A stretch of DNA of 64,000 nucleotides, taken from NCBI GenBank assembly GCA_003221005.1, contig QHTZ01000074.1:1-64000 (forward strand). The letters are read 5' to 3'. The position numbers were made by a program, and so were the translations under genes. Under the pieces are notes generated by a model, which did not search any database, was not told the DNA's origin, and saw only the letters and a list, made by a program, of their open reading frames with translations. Shown in pieces: positions 32,263-46,986 of this stretch (positions are counted from its first letter, which is position 1; each line of letters begins with the position of its first letter). This stretch comes from Gemmatimonadota bacterium. GTDB lineage: Bacteria > Gemmatimonadota > Gemmatimonadetes > Gemmatimonadales > GWC2-71-9.

Positions 32263-33176
32263 AGCGAGGCGCTATCACGCTCCTGGTCCTGGCGATCGGT
32301 TGTAGCCGCAGCGCGGCGGACCACGAGGAGCTGGGCGACCGCGAATACGCCAAGGGCTCGTACCGCGACGCCCTGGCGGAGTACCAGCTGGGGTTGAAAG
32401 CCCATGAGACCGCGGACCTCCACGCGAAAACGGCGGCGGCCGCGCTGCACACGCAGGACTACGCGCTGGCGGCAGCGGAGTATCGCGAGCTGGCGGACAA
32501 GGACCGATCGCGCGCCGGCGAGGCGGCCGTAGGGCTGGAGCGGGTGGTGCGCGCGGCGCTCGCGGCCAACGAGCGTGCCGCCCTGGTCGCTGCCCTCCGG
32601 GCGCTCCAGGTCGTGACCCCCACCCGCCCGCTCGGCAGGTACGCGCGCATCGCGGCGCTGGACGCTGCGGACCGCGGGGACACGGCGGGAGCGCTCGGAC
32701 TGTTGCCCAGCGCGGTGGCGGCCGCGCCAGACGGCCGCAGCGCGGACTCGCTACTGTTCCTGTACGGCATGGCTGCGGCGCGCGCCCGGGACTGCGCCAC
32801 GGCTGTTCCGGTGTTCGAAGGCGTGATCCGCCGCCAGCGGGAGCCGGCGGTGAGCGACGGCGCGCGGGAGGGGCTGAGCCTGTGCACCTTACTGGAGGGC
32901 CAGGCGCGGCTCGAGCACGGGAAGCCGGCTGAGGCGGAGGCCTGGTTCAGACGGGCGACCGCGCCCGGCGCACCGGCGGATGTAGCGCGGGCGGCGTATC
33001 TCGGGCTGGGCGACGTGCGGCTCGCGCAGGGTGACGTCCCGGGCGCGCTCGAGAGCTACCAGCAGGCGCTCTCGGGCGGGAATCCGGGAGACAGCATCGC
33101 GGTGCGCGCGCAGCAGAAGATCAACGCGCTGGGGAAGGCGGATGCGCCCAGTCTCGCTCCGCCCCAGCAACTGTGA
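32259..33176 (+). CDS. TPR lipoprotein
   Basis: Lipobox AIGC; TPR-like repeats. Confidence 0.7.
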   Translation: MKRGAITLLVLAIGCSRSAADHEELGDREYAKGSYRDALAEYQLGLKAHETADLHAKTAAAALHTQDYALAAAEYRELADKDRSRAGEAAVGLERVVRAALAANERAALVAALRALQVVTPTRPLGRYARIAALDAADRGDTAGALGLLPSAVAAAPDGRSADSLLFLYGMAAARARDCATAVPVFEGVIRRQREPAVSDGAREGLSLCTLLEGQARLEHGKPAEAEAWFRRATAPGAPADVARAAYLGLGDVRLAQGDVPGALESYQQALSGGNPGDSIAVRAQQKINALGKADAPSLAPPQQL

Positions 33177-33946
33177 GGGTTATGCGTGTCTGGTGCCTGA
33201 TCGGCGGTCTCTGGCTAGCGGCGTGCGCTCACGGGCCGCAGCGCATCGAGACGCGGGTCCAAGACCCCAAGGCGGACCTGTCCGAAGCTCTTGCCCTGTT
33301 CCGGCGGGGCGATTTCAACCGCGCCCTCATCGGCTTCCGCCGCGTCCAGTTCGAGCTCGCTCCCACACAGCCGGAGGTGGCCGAAGCCCGGTATTTCATC
33401 GCGGAATGCGACTTCCAGCTCGGGGATCGGGCCACGGCGGCGCTCGAGTTCCGCAAGGTGGCAGACGATTTTCCGGACAGCGAATATGCGCCGCTCGCGC
33501 TGTTGCGCGCGGGCGACGCTAACCTGCGTCTGTGGCGCCGGCCCGAGCTCGACCCCGAGCCCGGGCAGACGGCGCTGGCAACGTATCAGGAGCTCCAGGG
33601 GCGCTACCCTGGAACGGATGCGGCGGCCCGCGCACAGCTGCACGTCAGCCAGCTCAACGAGTGGTTCGCGGAGAAGAACTACAAGAACGGCATGTTCTAT
33701 TTCCGGCGTCGCGCGTACGACTCCGCGATCATCTACTTCAAGGACGTCATCGCCAACTATCCGGGCACCCGGCTCGTCCCCGACGCGCTGCTGCGACTAG
33801 TGGACAGCTACCGCGCCATCCGCTACATCGAGGAGCTCAAGGAAGCCTGCGCCAACCTGCGGCAGTATTATCCCAAGACCGACGGGCTCGCTGCGCGCTG
33901 CCCCGCCGAGACGGGCAACCCAGCCCGGTCCTCCGGCACGCCGTAA
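33173..33946 (+). CDS. bamD: Outer membrane protein assembly factor BamD
   Basis: Lipobox LAAC, YfiO-type TPRs, position upstream of nadD; start may be 33182. Confidence 0.82.
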   Translation: MRVMRVWCLIGGLWLAACAHGPQRIETRVQDPKADLSEALALFRRGDFNRALIGFRRVQFELAPTQPEVAEARYFIAECDFQLGDRATAALEFRKVADDFPDSEYAPLALLRAGDANLRLWRRPELDPEPGQTALATYQELQGRYPGTDAAARAQLHVSQLNEWFAEKNYKNGMFYFRRRAYDSAIIYFKDVIANYPGTRLVPDALLRLVDSYRAIRYIEELKEACANLRQYYPKTDGLAARCPAETGNPARSSGTP

Positions 33947-33947
33947 G

Positions 33948-34508
33948 GTGGAGGCGCTGTTCGGCGGCTCATTCGACCCGGTGCACCTCGGCCATCTGGT
34001 CGTGGCGGAGACGCTGGCGGACGTCCTGGGTGTCACGGTGCGATTCCTCCCGGCTCGCGAACAGCCCTTCAAGCACGCCGCCCACGCGGCGTCGCCCGAG
34101 CAACGGGCGGAGATGCTTGCGCTCGCCGTGGCCGGGAACCCGCGGTTCCGCGTGGAGCGGGTCGAGCTCGAGCTGCCGACGCCCTCCTACACGGTCCGGA
34201 CGTTGCGGGCCCTGGCGGGGCGCGAGCCAGGAAACCGGTTTGTGTTACTCCTAGGGGCGGATGCGGCGGGAGACCTGCCCAATTGGTACGAGGTGGAGGC
34301 GCTGCCGCACCTGGCCGACGTCGTGGCGTTCGCGCGCCCGGGGTCCGAGCTGCGGGCGCACGGCCTGATCGGCCGCGTGGTGACGGTGCCCGCGCTCGAC
34401 ATTTCGGCCACCGCGGTGCGAGAGCGCGTGGCCCAGGGCCGGTCGATCCGCTATCTCGTGTCCGACCCGGTGCGCGAGTACATCGGGGCGCACCGGCTGT
34501 ACCGGTAG
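33948..34508 (+). CDS. nadD: Nicotinate-nucleotide adenylyltransferase
   Basis: FGGSFDPVHLGH, SYTVRTL, LLGAD, ISAT. Confidence 0.94.
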   Translation: MEALFGGSFDPVHLGHLVVAETLADVLGVTVRFLPAREQPFKHAAHAASPEQRAEMLALAVAGNPRFRVERVELELPTPSYTVRTLRALAGREPGNRFVLLLGADAAGDLPNWYEVEALPHLADVVAFARPGSELRAHGLIGRVVTVPALDISATAVRERVAQGRSIRYLVSDPVREYIGAHRLYR

Positions 34509-34528
34509 AGTTTCAGGGGGCGGGAGAG

Positions 34529-37813
<3,285 letters not shown>

Positions 37814-37816
37814 CAG

Positions 37817-37883
37817 TGCGGAATGGGGAATACGGAATGCGGACTTGACGCCCGCCCTTCAGTTCCGCATTCCGCGTTCCGCA
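37817..37883. repeat. Intergenic 7-nt tandem inverted-repeat hairpin
   Basis: TGCGGAA TGGGGAA TACGGAA TGCGGAC, then TTCCGCA TTCCGCG TTCCGCA. Confidence 0.75.
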
Positions 37884-37929
37884 TTGTTCCGGTACCGAAG
37901 CCCCGCCGACCTCACTCTACGTTCTCCCT

Positions 37930-38613
37930 ATGGTTCTCCGTCTCTCCGAGCACGCGGAACGCGATCGGCCGCGCGAGCGTTTGTGGGCAGTCGGGCCTGG
38001 CGCGTTGACTGGGCAGGAGCTCTTGGCCATAGTCTTGGGAACGGGGTGTGCGGGGCGGGATGCACTGGCGGTGGCCGGCGAGCTGCTGGGCCGCGGGGAG
38101 GGGTCGTTGCGACGCCTCGCGGGGCGCCCGGCGGCGGAGCTAGCGGGTGTGCCTGGAGTGGGGCGGGGCAAGGCAGCGCGCGTGGCGGCGGCGCTCGAGC
38201 TGGGGCGCCGGGTAGGCGCGGAGGTGGAGCCACCTCCTGAGCGGATCCGCACTCCCGCGGACGTGCACCGCTACTACGCGCCGCGGCTGCGCGATCTCGC
38301 GGTCGAGGAATTCCACGTGCTCGCGCTCGGTAGCCAGAGCCAGGTCCGGGGGGACCTGTTGATCACGCGGGGGATCCTAAACAGCTCGCTGGTGCATCCG
38401 CGGGAGGTGTTCCGCGCCGCCATCGCCGAGGCGGCGGCGGGCATCATCGTCGTCCACAACCATCCGAGCGGTGACCCCACACCCTCGGGGGACGACCGGG
38501 CGGTGACGCGGCAGCTTGTGGATGCCGGACGGCTGCTCGACCTGCCGGTGCACGACCATGTGATCGTTGGAGGCGATCGCTACATGAGTTTTGCGGAGGC
38601 CGGTCTCCTGTGA
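37930..38613 (+). CDS. radC: RadC-family JAB domain protein
   Basis: RPRERL, HhH GVGRGKA, VHPREVF, HNHPSGDPTPS, HDHVI. Confidence 0.94.
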   Translation: MVLRLSEHAERDRPRERLWAVGPGALTGQELLAIVLGTGCAGRDALAVAGELLGRGEGSLRRLAGRPAAELAGVPGVGRGKAARVAAALELGRRVGAEVEPPPERIRTPADVHRYYAPRLRDLAVEEFHVLALGSQSQVRGDLLITRGILNSSLVHPREVFRAAIAEAAAGIIVVHNHPSGDPTPSGDDRAVTRQLVDAGRLLDLPVHDHVIVGGDRYMSFAEAGLL

Positions 38614-40775
38614 CGAGCGCGGTGCCGATCCTGGCGCCGGAGCTGGCCCGAGCCGTGGCCGCGCAGCGGGAGCGGCTCGACCTGGACCTGCTGGCGCGCG
38701 CCTACCAGGTGAGTGCCCAGGCGCACCGCGGCCAGAAGCGCCAGTCGGGGGACGACTTCCTGTCCCACAGCGTCGCGGTGGCCACGATTCTCGCCGAGCA
38801 GCAGATGGACTCGACCACCATCGCCGCCGCCCTGCTGCACGACGTGGTCGAGGACTCGGACGTGTCGTTGGACCAGATCCGCCAGGATTTCGGCGCCGAA
38901 GTGGGCACGCTGGTGGACGGGCTGACCAAGCTGTCCTCGCTCACGTTCCGTTCCAGCGCCGAGGAGCAGGCGGAGAACTACCGCAAGCTGCTGCTCTCGG
39001 TGGCCAAAGACGCCCGCGTCATCATCATCAAGCTCGCGGACCGGTTGCACAACATGCGGACGCTCGAGCACCTCGACGCGGAGAAGCAGCGCCGCATCGC
39101 GCTCGAGACCCGGGAGATCTACGCCCCGCTGGCGCACCGCTTCGGAATGGCAGGCGTGAAGGCGGAGCTCGAGGACCTCGCGTTCAAGTTTCTGGAGGCG
39201 GACGACTATCGCGCGCTCTCCCGCCAGGTGCGGGCCAAGAAGACGGAGCGCGAGCGCACCATCGAGCGCGTGCGCGCACCGCTCGCGGAGGAGCTGACGC
39301 GCGCCGGCCTCACCGGGATCGAGATCACCGGCCGGCCGAAGAACCTGTGGTCGATCTACAAGAAGATGAAGAAGCGCGCCAAGCCGTTCGAGGAGATCTA
39401 CGATCTCCTCGCGGTGCGTGTCCTGGTCGGGTCGATCCCGGAGTGCTACCACGTGCTGGGCGCGATTCACCACAAGTGGACGCCGCTCCAGGAGCGCATC
39501 AAGGACTACATCGCAAGCCCCAAGTCGAACGGCTACCAATCGCTGCACACCACGGTGTTCGGGCCGGGCGGCCAGCTGTACGAGATCCAGATCCGCACCC
39601 GGGAGATGCACCGCACGGCGGAGTACGGCATCGCGGCGCACTGGCTGTATCACGAGCGCAAAGGTCCCGACGAGCTGGATCGCCACCTCGCCTGGTTCCG
39701 CCAGCTCATCGAGCTGCAGCAGGATGCGCACACGCCGGAGGAATTCCTCGAGTTCCTGCGGATCGACCTGTATCAGGACGAGATCTTCGTCTTTACGCCG
39801 CGGGGGGACGTGAAGCGGCTCCCCAAGGGCGCCACGCCGCTCGATTTCGCCTTCACCGTGCACACCGAGGTGGGCCAGCACTGTCAGGGCGCGCGCATCA
39901 ACGGGCGCATCGCGCCGCTGCACCGGCCGCTCAACAACGGGGATACGGTCGAAATCCTCACGAGCCCGCAGGCCCGGCCGTCGCGCGACTGGTTGGCCCA
40001 CGTCCAGACGGCGCGGGCGCGCCACAAGATCCGCCAGTGGGTGAAGCAAGAAGAGCACGAGCGCAGCCTGGCGCTGGGGTGCGAGATCCTGGAGCGCGAG
40101 GTGCAGCGCCGCCGGCTTGAGCCGCCGGATGAGGCGCGGCTGGCGCAGGCGGCGGCGACGCTGTCGGTGGGGAACGGCGAGCAGCTCCAGGTCGCCCTCG
40201 GGCGCGGCGACCTGCCCGTCGGCCAGGTGATGCGCGCCCTGTACCCCAACCTGTCCGCCGACGAGCTGCAGCCGCCGCGGCCGACGGCGTTCGGCCGCAT
40301 GATGGAGCGGCTGCGCCTCGGCCGCGGCATCAAGATCCAGGGGGTAGACGGCCTGATGGTCCGCTACGCCCAGTGTTGTCAGCCGGTGCCGGGCGACGCC
40401 GTCGTCGGCTATGTCACCCAGGGCCGCGGCATCTCCATCCACCGCTCCGACTGTCCCAACCTGCTCGTGCTCTCCACGGAAGCGGAGCGTCGCGTGGAGA
40501 TCGACTGGCAGGAGTCGGAAGGGGAAACGTTCGTGGTGCGGCTCACCGTGAGCGGCGAAGACCGGCGGGGCCTCTACGCCGACATCTGCGAGGCGATCAG
40601 CGAGTCGGGCACCAACATCCGTTCCGCGGAGCTCGCCAGCCGGGATGGCGCGGTGTTCGGCACGCTGCTGGTCGAGGTCGAAAACCAGAACCACCTGAAC
40701 AAGGTGATCAAGGCGATCCGCCGGCTGAAGGGCGTGACGGACGTGGCGCGGCACGACGCCGGCGCGCCGGCGTAG
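38610..40775 (+). CDS. spoT: Bifunctional (p)ppGpp synthetase/hydrolase
   Basis: LLHDVVED, KLADRLHNMRTL, PKSNGYQSLHT, TGS and ACT domains. Confidence 0.95.
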   Translation: MTSAVPILAPELARAVAAQRERLDLDLLARAYQVSAQAHRGQKRQSGDDFLSHSVAVATILAEQQMDSTTIAAALLHDVVEDSDVSLDQIRQDFGAEVGTLVDGLTKLSSLTFRSSAEEQAENYRKLLLSVAKDARVIIIKLADRLHNMRTLEHLDAEKQRRIALETREIYAPLAHRFGMAGVKAELEDLAFKFLEADDYRALSRQVRAKKTERERTIERVRAPLAEELTRAGLTGIEITGRPKNLWSIYKKMKKRAKPFEEIYDLLAVRVLVGSIPECYHVLGAIHHKWTPLQERIKDYIASPKSNGYQSLHTTVFGPGGQLYEIQIRTREMHRTAEYGIAAHWLYHERKGPDELDRHLAWFRQLIELQQDAHTPEEFLEFLRIDLYQDEIFVFTPRGDVKRLPKGATPLDFAFTVHTEVGQHCQGARINGRIAPLHRPLNNGDTVEILTSPQARPSRDWLAHVQTARARHKIRQWVKQEEHERSLALGCEILEREVQRRRLEPPDEARLAQAAATLSVGNGEQLQVALGRGDLPVGQVMRALYPNLSADELQPPRPTAFGRMMERLRLGRGIKIQGVDGLMVRYAQCCQPVPGDAVVGYVTQGRGISIHRSDCPNLLVLSTEAERRVEIDWQESEGETFVVRLTVSGEDRRGLYADICEAISESGTNIRSAELASRDGAVFGTLLVEVENQNHLNKVIKAIRRLKGVTDVARHDAGAPA

Positions 40776-42800
<2,025 letters not shown>

Positions 42801-43186
42801 GGAGTTGGGGCGCGGCCTGTCCGCCCCCGCCGTGATCGGTCTCTCGGGAGAGCTCGGCACGGGAAAGACGACTCTGGTGCAGGCGATCTGCCGCGGCCTC
42901 GGCGCTCGCGCGTTCGCCACGAGCCCGACGTACGCTCTCGTCCATCACTACGAAACGGCCGACCGGCCTGTCTACCATGTGGACTGCTACCGCTTGCGAT
43001 CTCCCGACGAGGCCCGTGACCTGGGCTTCGACGACATGGTGCGCGAGCGCGCGATCGTGCTGATCGAATGGCCCGAGCGCGCGGGAGCGTGGGCGCCGCA
43101 GGCAGACCGACGGTTCCGGCTGAGCTACACCGATTCCCCAGACATTCGCGAGCTGGAGGAGATCCGGTGACGCATTCGGAGACGGG

Positions 43187-43921
43187 ATGAGCGGGGTCTG
43201 GCTCGCCATCGACACCGCCACGGACATCGCTAGCGTGGCGGCAGGGCGGGCGCCCGCTCCCGAGGCTGGAGCGCACGTCCAGGGCGCGCGGCGTCACGCG
43301 GCCGAGATCATCCGGCTGGTCGATTTCACGCTCGGTCGCCTCGGGCTGGCGCCCCGGGACTTGGAGGGGATCGTCGTGGGGGACGGACCCGGGAGCTTCA
43401 CCGGGCTGCGGATCGGTTGGGCGGCGGCGAAGGGCCTGGCGCAGGAGGCGGGCCTCGACCTCGTGGCCATCCCGTCGCTCATGGCAGCGGCAGCCGGCGC
43501 GGCGGTCAAGCTCGGTCAAGCGCCAGTCGCCGCGTGGTTCGACGCGTTGCGGGGACAGGTCTACGCGGCTGTGTACGTCTTCCACGCCGACCGAGTCGAG
43601 ACCGTGCTGGCGCCGGCGGTAATGACGCCGGACGAGTTCGCCGACCTCGCGACCCTCCGCCCGCAAGTAGTCGCCGGCGATGGAGCCGCGCGCTACGCCG
43701 ACGCGGCGCGCCGCTGGTCCGGCGCCCCTCCGGTGGCGCCGGACGCGCTCGCGCCGGCGGCCACGATGCTGCTCTCCCTGCTGGGACGGGAAGGGACCGC
43801 TCGCGCGATCGACGATCTCACTACCGCCGAGCCGGTGTATGGGCGGCCCGCGGAGGCTCAGGCAAGGTGGGAGGCGCGCCACGGACGCTCGCTTCCTGAT
43901 CCGACCCGCCCGTCTCGCTGA
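43187..43921 (+). CDS. tsaB: tRNA t6A biosynthesis protein TsaB
   Basis: LAIDTAT, GPGSFTGLRIG, DALRGQVY. Confidence 0.94.
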   Translation: MSGVWLAIDTATDIASVAAGRAPAPEAGAHVQGARRHAAEIIRLVDFTLGRLGLAPRDLEGIVVGDGPGSFTGLRIGWAAAKGLAQEAGLDLVAIPSLMAAAAGAAVKLGQAPVAAWFDALRGQVYAAVYVFHADRVETVLAPAVMTPDEFADLATLRPQVVAGDGAARYADAARRWSGAPPVAPDALAPAATMLLSLLGREGTARAIDDLTTAEPVYGRPAEAQARWEARHGRSLPDPTRPSR

Positions 43922-44324
43922 CGTCGCGCCGGTCGCGGCGATCGAGCGGGCCAGCTTCTCGGATCCCTGGTCGGAGCGCGACTTCCGCGACTGCGTCGCG
44001 TCGGGCGTGCCGTTCCTCGTCGCGGTGGAGGATGCGAGTGTGGCGGGGTACGTCATCGCCCGACACGCGGTCGACGAGGCGGAGATACAAAATCTCGGAG
44101 TTGACCCGGCGCGGCGCCGTCATGGCGCTGGGCGAGTGCTCGTCACGGCCATGCTCGCCACGCTGCGCGAGCGTGGCGTGGCAGCGGTGTTCCTCGAGGT
44201 GCGGGAATCCAACACTGTCGCGCAGCATCTCTACGCCGGGCTGGGCTTCACTCGCGTCGGCCGACGACGTCACTACTATCGCTTCCCCACCGAGGACGCA
44301 GTGATCCTCCGGGCTCCTATTTGA
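43881..44324 (+). CDS. rimI: Ribosomal-protein-alanine N-acetyltransferase (start uncertain: ACG 43881 or ATG 43839)
   Basis: IERASFSDPWS, EIQNLGV, FLEVRESN, RRHYY...EDA. Confidence 0.88.
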   Translation, partial: TDARFLIRPARLADVAPVAAIERASFSDPWSERDFRDCVASGVPFLVAVEDASVAGYVIARHAVDEAEIQNLGVDPARRRHGAGRVLVTAMLATLRERGVAAVFLEVRESNTVAQHLYAGLGFTRVGRRRHYYRFPTEDAVILRAPI

Positions 44325-44371
44325 GCCGGCGCGGGTCGCGCGCGAATTCGGTCCAAGTGGCGTATCTTTGA

Positions 44372-44400
44372 TTGACAGAATGACTTGCGAGTCATATACT
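44372..44400 (+). promoter_or_regulatory. Near-consensus sigma70 promoter of ssb with a palindrome in the spacer
   Basis: TTGACA-17-TATACT; ATGACT-N4-AGTCAT at 44380-44395. Confidence 0.8.
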
Positions 44401-44446
44401 GTGAGGCACCCTTGGTGCCCCGCCCGCTTTTCGCTGGGAGGTCGCT

Positions 44447-44929
44447 GTGAGCCGTAGCCTGAACAAAGTCATGCTGATCGGGAACTTGGGGGCCGACCCG
44501 GAGGTGCGCAGCACGAACAATGGATCGCGGGTCGCCACGCTGTCGCTCGCGACCAGTCGGCAATGGACGGGGCAGGGTGGGGAGAAGCAGGAAAAGACCG
44601 AGTGGCACCGCGTGATCTGCTGGAACAACAAGGGCGCCCAGCTCGCCGATCTCGCCGAGAAGTACATGAAGAAGGGGGATCGCATCTACGTCGAGGGGCG
44701 GGTCGAGTATCGCACCTGGGAAGATCGCGAGAAGCAGACCCGCTACGTCACCGAGGTCATCGCCCGGGAAGTGATCTTGCTGTCGTCCCGGGGTGGGGGC
44801 GGTGGCGAAGGCGGCGCCGATTACTCGCGCGCCAAGGCGACGGCCAAGGTGACCCCGGAAGGCAAGGCGGAGTCGCTTGATGCGGTCCCGGAGGCCCTAG
44901 ATGAGGAGGACGACGATCTGCCGTTTTAA
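44447..44929 (+). CDS. ssb: Single-stranded DNA-binding protein
   Basis: NKVMLIGNLGADPE, TEWHRV, C-terminal DDDLPF. Confidence 0.98.
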   Translation: MSRSLNKVMLIGNLGADPEVRSTNNGSRVATLSLATSRQWTGQGGEKQEKTEWHRVICWNNKGAQLADLAEKYMKKGDRIYVEGRVEYRTWEDREKQTRYVTEVIAREVILLSSRGGGGGEGGADYSRAKATAKVTPEGKAESLDAVPEALDEEDDDLPF

Positions 44930-46139
44930 CCGAGCGGCACTGCTCGCCCTTGTGGTAGTGCCGCTCGCGTGCTGGAGCTTGCGCGCACAGGACACGACCA
45001 GGGCGGCGCCGGAGACGACACAGGCGGCGCCGCTCGGGGGAGGTCCACTCCCCGCCACTCACACGGTCGCGCGCGGCGAGACCCTGTGGTCGATCGCCCA
45101 GCTCTATTTCAGCGATCCCCTCCTCTGGCCCGAGATCTACCGCCTGAACACGTCGCTCATCGAGGATCCTCACTGGATCTATCCCGGTGAGGTCCTCAAC
45201 GTTTCCGGGCCGGTCGGCGTGGCGCAGGCCCCCGAGACGACCGCGGTCCAGGTGACGCCCGGCGGCGACACCGTGCGGGCGGTCCCCGTAGACACGCTGG
45301 CGGTCGCGCCGGTCGACACGGCGCTGCGAGACACGACCCAGGCGCTCTTCATGGAGCCGCCCCCGGCCGCGGAGGAGTCCTACCGCACGATTTTCGATCG
45401 GCCCCGTTCGCGCACGACGGAGGTGCAGGACATCCTCCGGGCCTACGCGAACCAGCCGTATCACCCGGTGCGCCGCGGTGAGTTCTACGCCGCCGGCTTC
45501 CTCACGGAGCGGGAGAACCTTCCCTGGGGCCGCGTGCTCGGGACGATCGCCAAGCCGGCGATCCCCCGCCTGACGGAGCGCTCCACGGCCTACCAGTTCG
45601 AGCAAATCGTGATCGATCCGCCGTCGCGGGTGTCCTACCACGTAAACGATTCGGTATTGATCGCGCGCATCGACCGCGACGAGGGGGATTGGGGAGACGT
45701 TGTCGTTCCGGTGGGCATCGCCCGCGTCACGGAAGTGGCGCGCAAGCAGCTGCTGGCTGAGGTGGTGCTCCAGTTTGGGCGGATTCACGACGGCCACCTG
45801 GTCCTGCCGCTCGAGCCCTTCAAGGACCCGGGGGAGATGCGGCCCACGCCGATCGAGCAAGGGTTGGGCGCGCAGGTGATCAACCAGCGCGACCTGCACA
45901 CGATCACGATTTCGCAGCAGGTGGTTTTCCTTAACCGGGGCCGCGCCGACGGCGTTGTCCCGGGGGATGTGTTCCAAGTGTACACCGGGCAGGCGGGCAC
46001 GCCGTCGCAGGAGCTGCGCGCCGTGGTCGAGGTCGTACACACGCGTGAACACTCGTGTTCGGGCCTCGTGCTCACCCTCGGCAACCCGAAGATCGTGCCC
46101 CAGCTCCCGGCGCGACTCATCCGGAAGATGCCCTCGTAG
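44901..46139 (+). CDS. Exported LysM protein (TsaP-like architecture)
   Basis: Signal peptide; HTVARGETLWSIA...LWPEIY...IEDPHWIYPG; beta-rich C-terminus. Confidence 0.75.
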   Translation: MRRTTICRFNRAALLALVVVPLACWSLRAQDTTRAAPETTQAAPLGGGPLPATHTVARGETLWSIAQLYFSDPLLWPEIYRLNTSLIEDPHWIYPGEVLNVSGPVGVAQAPETTAVQVTPGGDTVRAVPVDTLAVAPVDTALRDTTQALFMEPPPAAEESYRTIFDRPRSRTTEVQDILRAYANQPYHPVRRGEFYAAGFLTERENLPWGRVLGTIAKPAIPRLTERSTAYQFEQIVIDPPSRVSYHVNDSVLIARIDRDEGDWGDVVVPVGIARVTEVARKQLLAEVVLQFGRIHDGHLVLPLEPFKDPGEMRPTPIEQGLGAQVINQRDLHTITISQQVVFLNRGRADGVVPGDVFQVYTGQAGTPSQELRAVVEVVHTREHSCSGLVLTLGNPKIVPQLPARLIRKMPS

Positions 46140-46181
46140 TCGGGCGCCGGCCCGACCTCGGGTCCGGCACGCCGTCCGCGC

Positions 46182-46976
46182 ATGCTCGTTTACCTCCATC
46201 TCGCCGCGCTGGGCCTGTACGGGCTCTCCGCGGCGCTCGCCCTGGCGCCATTCGCCGGATTCCCCGTCGCGTCGCGTCGCTGGACGCTGTGGGTCGCCGG
46301 TGTCGGGGCGGGGATCCACACGGTCGGCGTGGCCCAGCTGTCGCTTGTGGGCACCGGACCGGCGCTGTCGGTGCTGGCCTGGTGTCTCGTCCTGCTGCAG
46401 ATCGGGAGCGAGCTGCTGCTGCGGGCGGCCGCCGTGGCGCTGTTCACGGCCCCGCTCGCCGGGGGTTTGGTAGGCCTGGCGCTGCTGCTCGGGCTCGCCC
46501 CCGGGGCGCAGCCCTCCGCCGGGCGAAACATGTGGTTTATCTTGCACGTGACCTTGAGCGTGCTGGGGCTCGCCTTGCTGGCGCTCGCGTTCATCTCCGC
46601 GGCGCTCTACCTGCTGCAGTTCCGCGAGCTCAAAGCAAAACGGTTCGGCCAGGTATTTCAGCTGTTTCCCCCGCTCGAGCGGCTCGACCGGCTGAATCAC
46701 GTGGCGTTGGTCGCGGGGTTTCCGGCGCTCACCGTCGGCGTGCTGCTCGCCGTCGGTTACGCGGTGCGCTACGCCGGGGGGATGCACGTGGATCCGGCAC
46801 AGCTCGTGTGGGGTTCGTTCACGTGGGGAGTGCTGGGGTGGACGGTGTGGGTCCGCGTGGCGCGGCACTGGGCGGGCCGGCGGGCGGCGTTCGCCAGCAT
46901 CGTCGGCTTCGCGGCCGTGGTGCTCGTCTACGTCGCACTGAAGCTCGCCCAACCGGGCACGGAGCGCTTTCTCTGA
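46182..46976 (+). CDS. Cytochrome c assembly protein (CcsA/HemX-like)
   Basis: Multi-TM; LHV, PPLERLD, WAGRRAA; directly upstream of hemA. Confidence 0.82.
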   Translation: MLVYLHLAALGLYGLSAALALAPFAGFPVASRRWTLWVAGVGAGIHTVGVAQLSLVGTGPALSVLAWCLVLLQIGSELLLRAAAVALFTAPLAGGLVGLALLLGLAPGAQPSAGRNMWFILHVTLSVLGLALLALAFISAALYLLQFRELKAKRFGQVFQLFPPLERLDRLNHVALVAGFPALTVGVLLAVGYAVRYAGGMHVDPAQLVWGSFTWGVLGWTVWVRVARHWAGRRAAFASIVGFAAVVLVYVALKLAQPGTERFL

Positions 46977-46986
46977 TGATCCGAGC

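Noticed and set aside
34283-34528. Long N-terminal extensions in the ORF track (secA, cysM, moeB, rpoA, hutI, tolA and others)
   Set aside because: They overlap upstream genes in another frame; starts were reassigned using RBS, stop/start overlap and domain boundaries
37930-38613. radC as a marker of a mobile element
   Set aside because: Full-length HhH-containing chromosomal type, coupled to spoT among core genes
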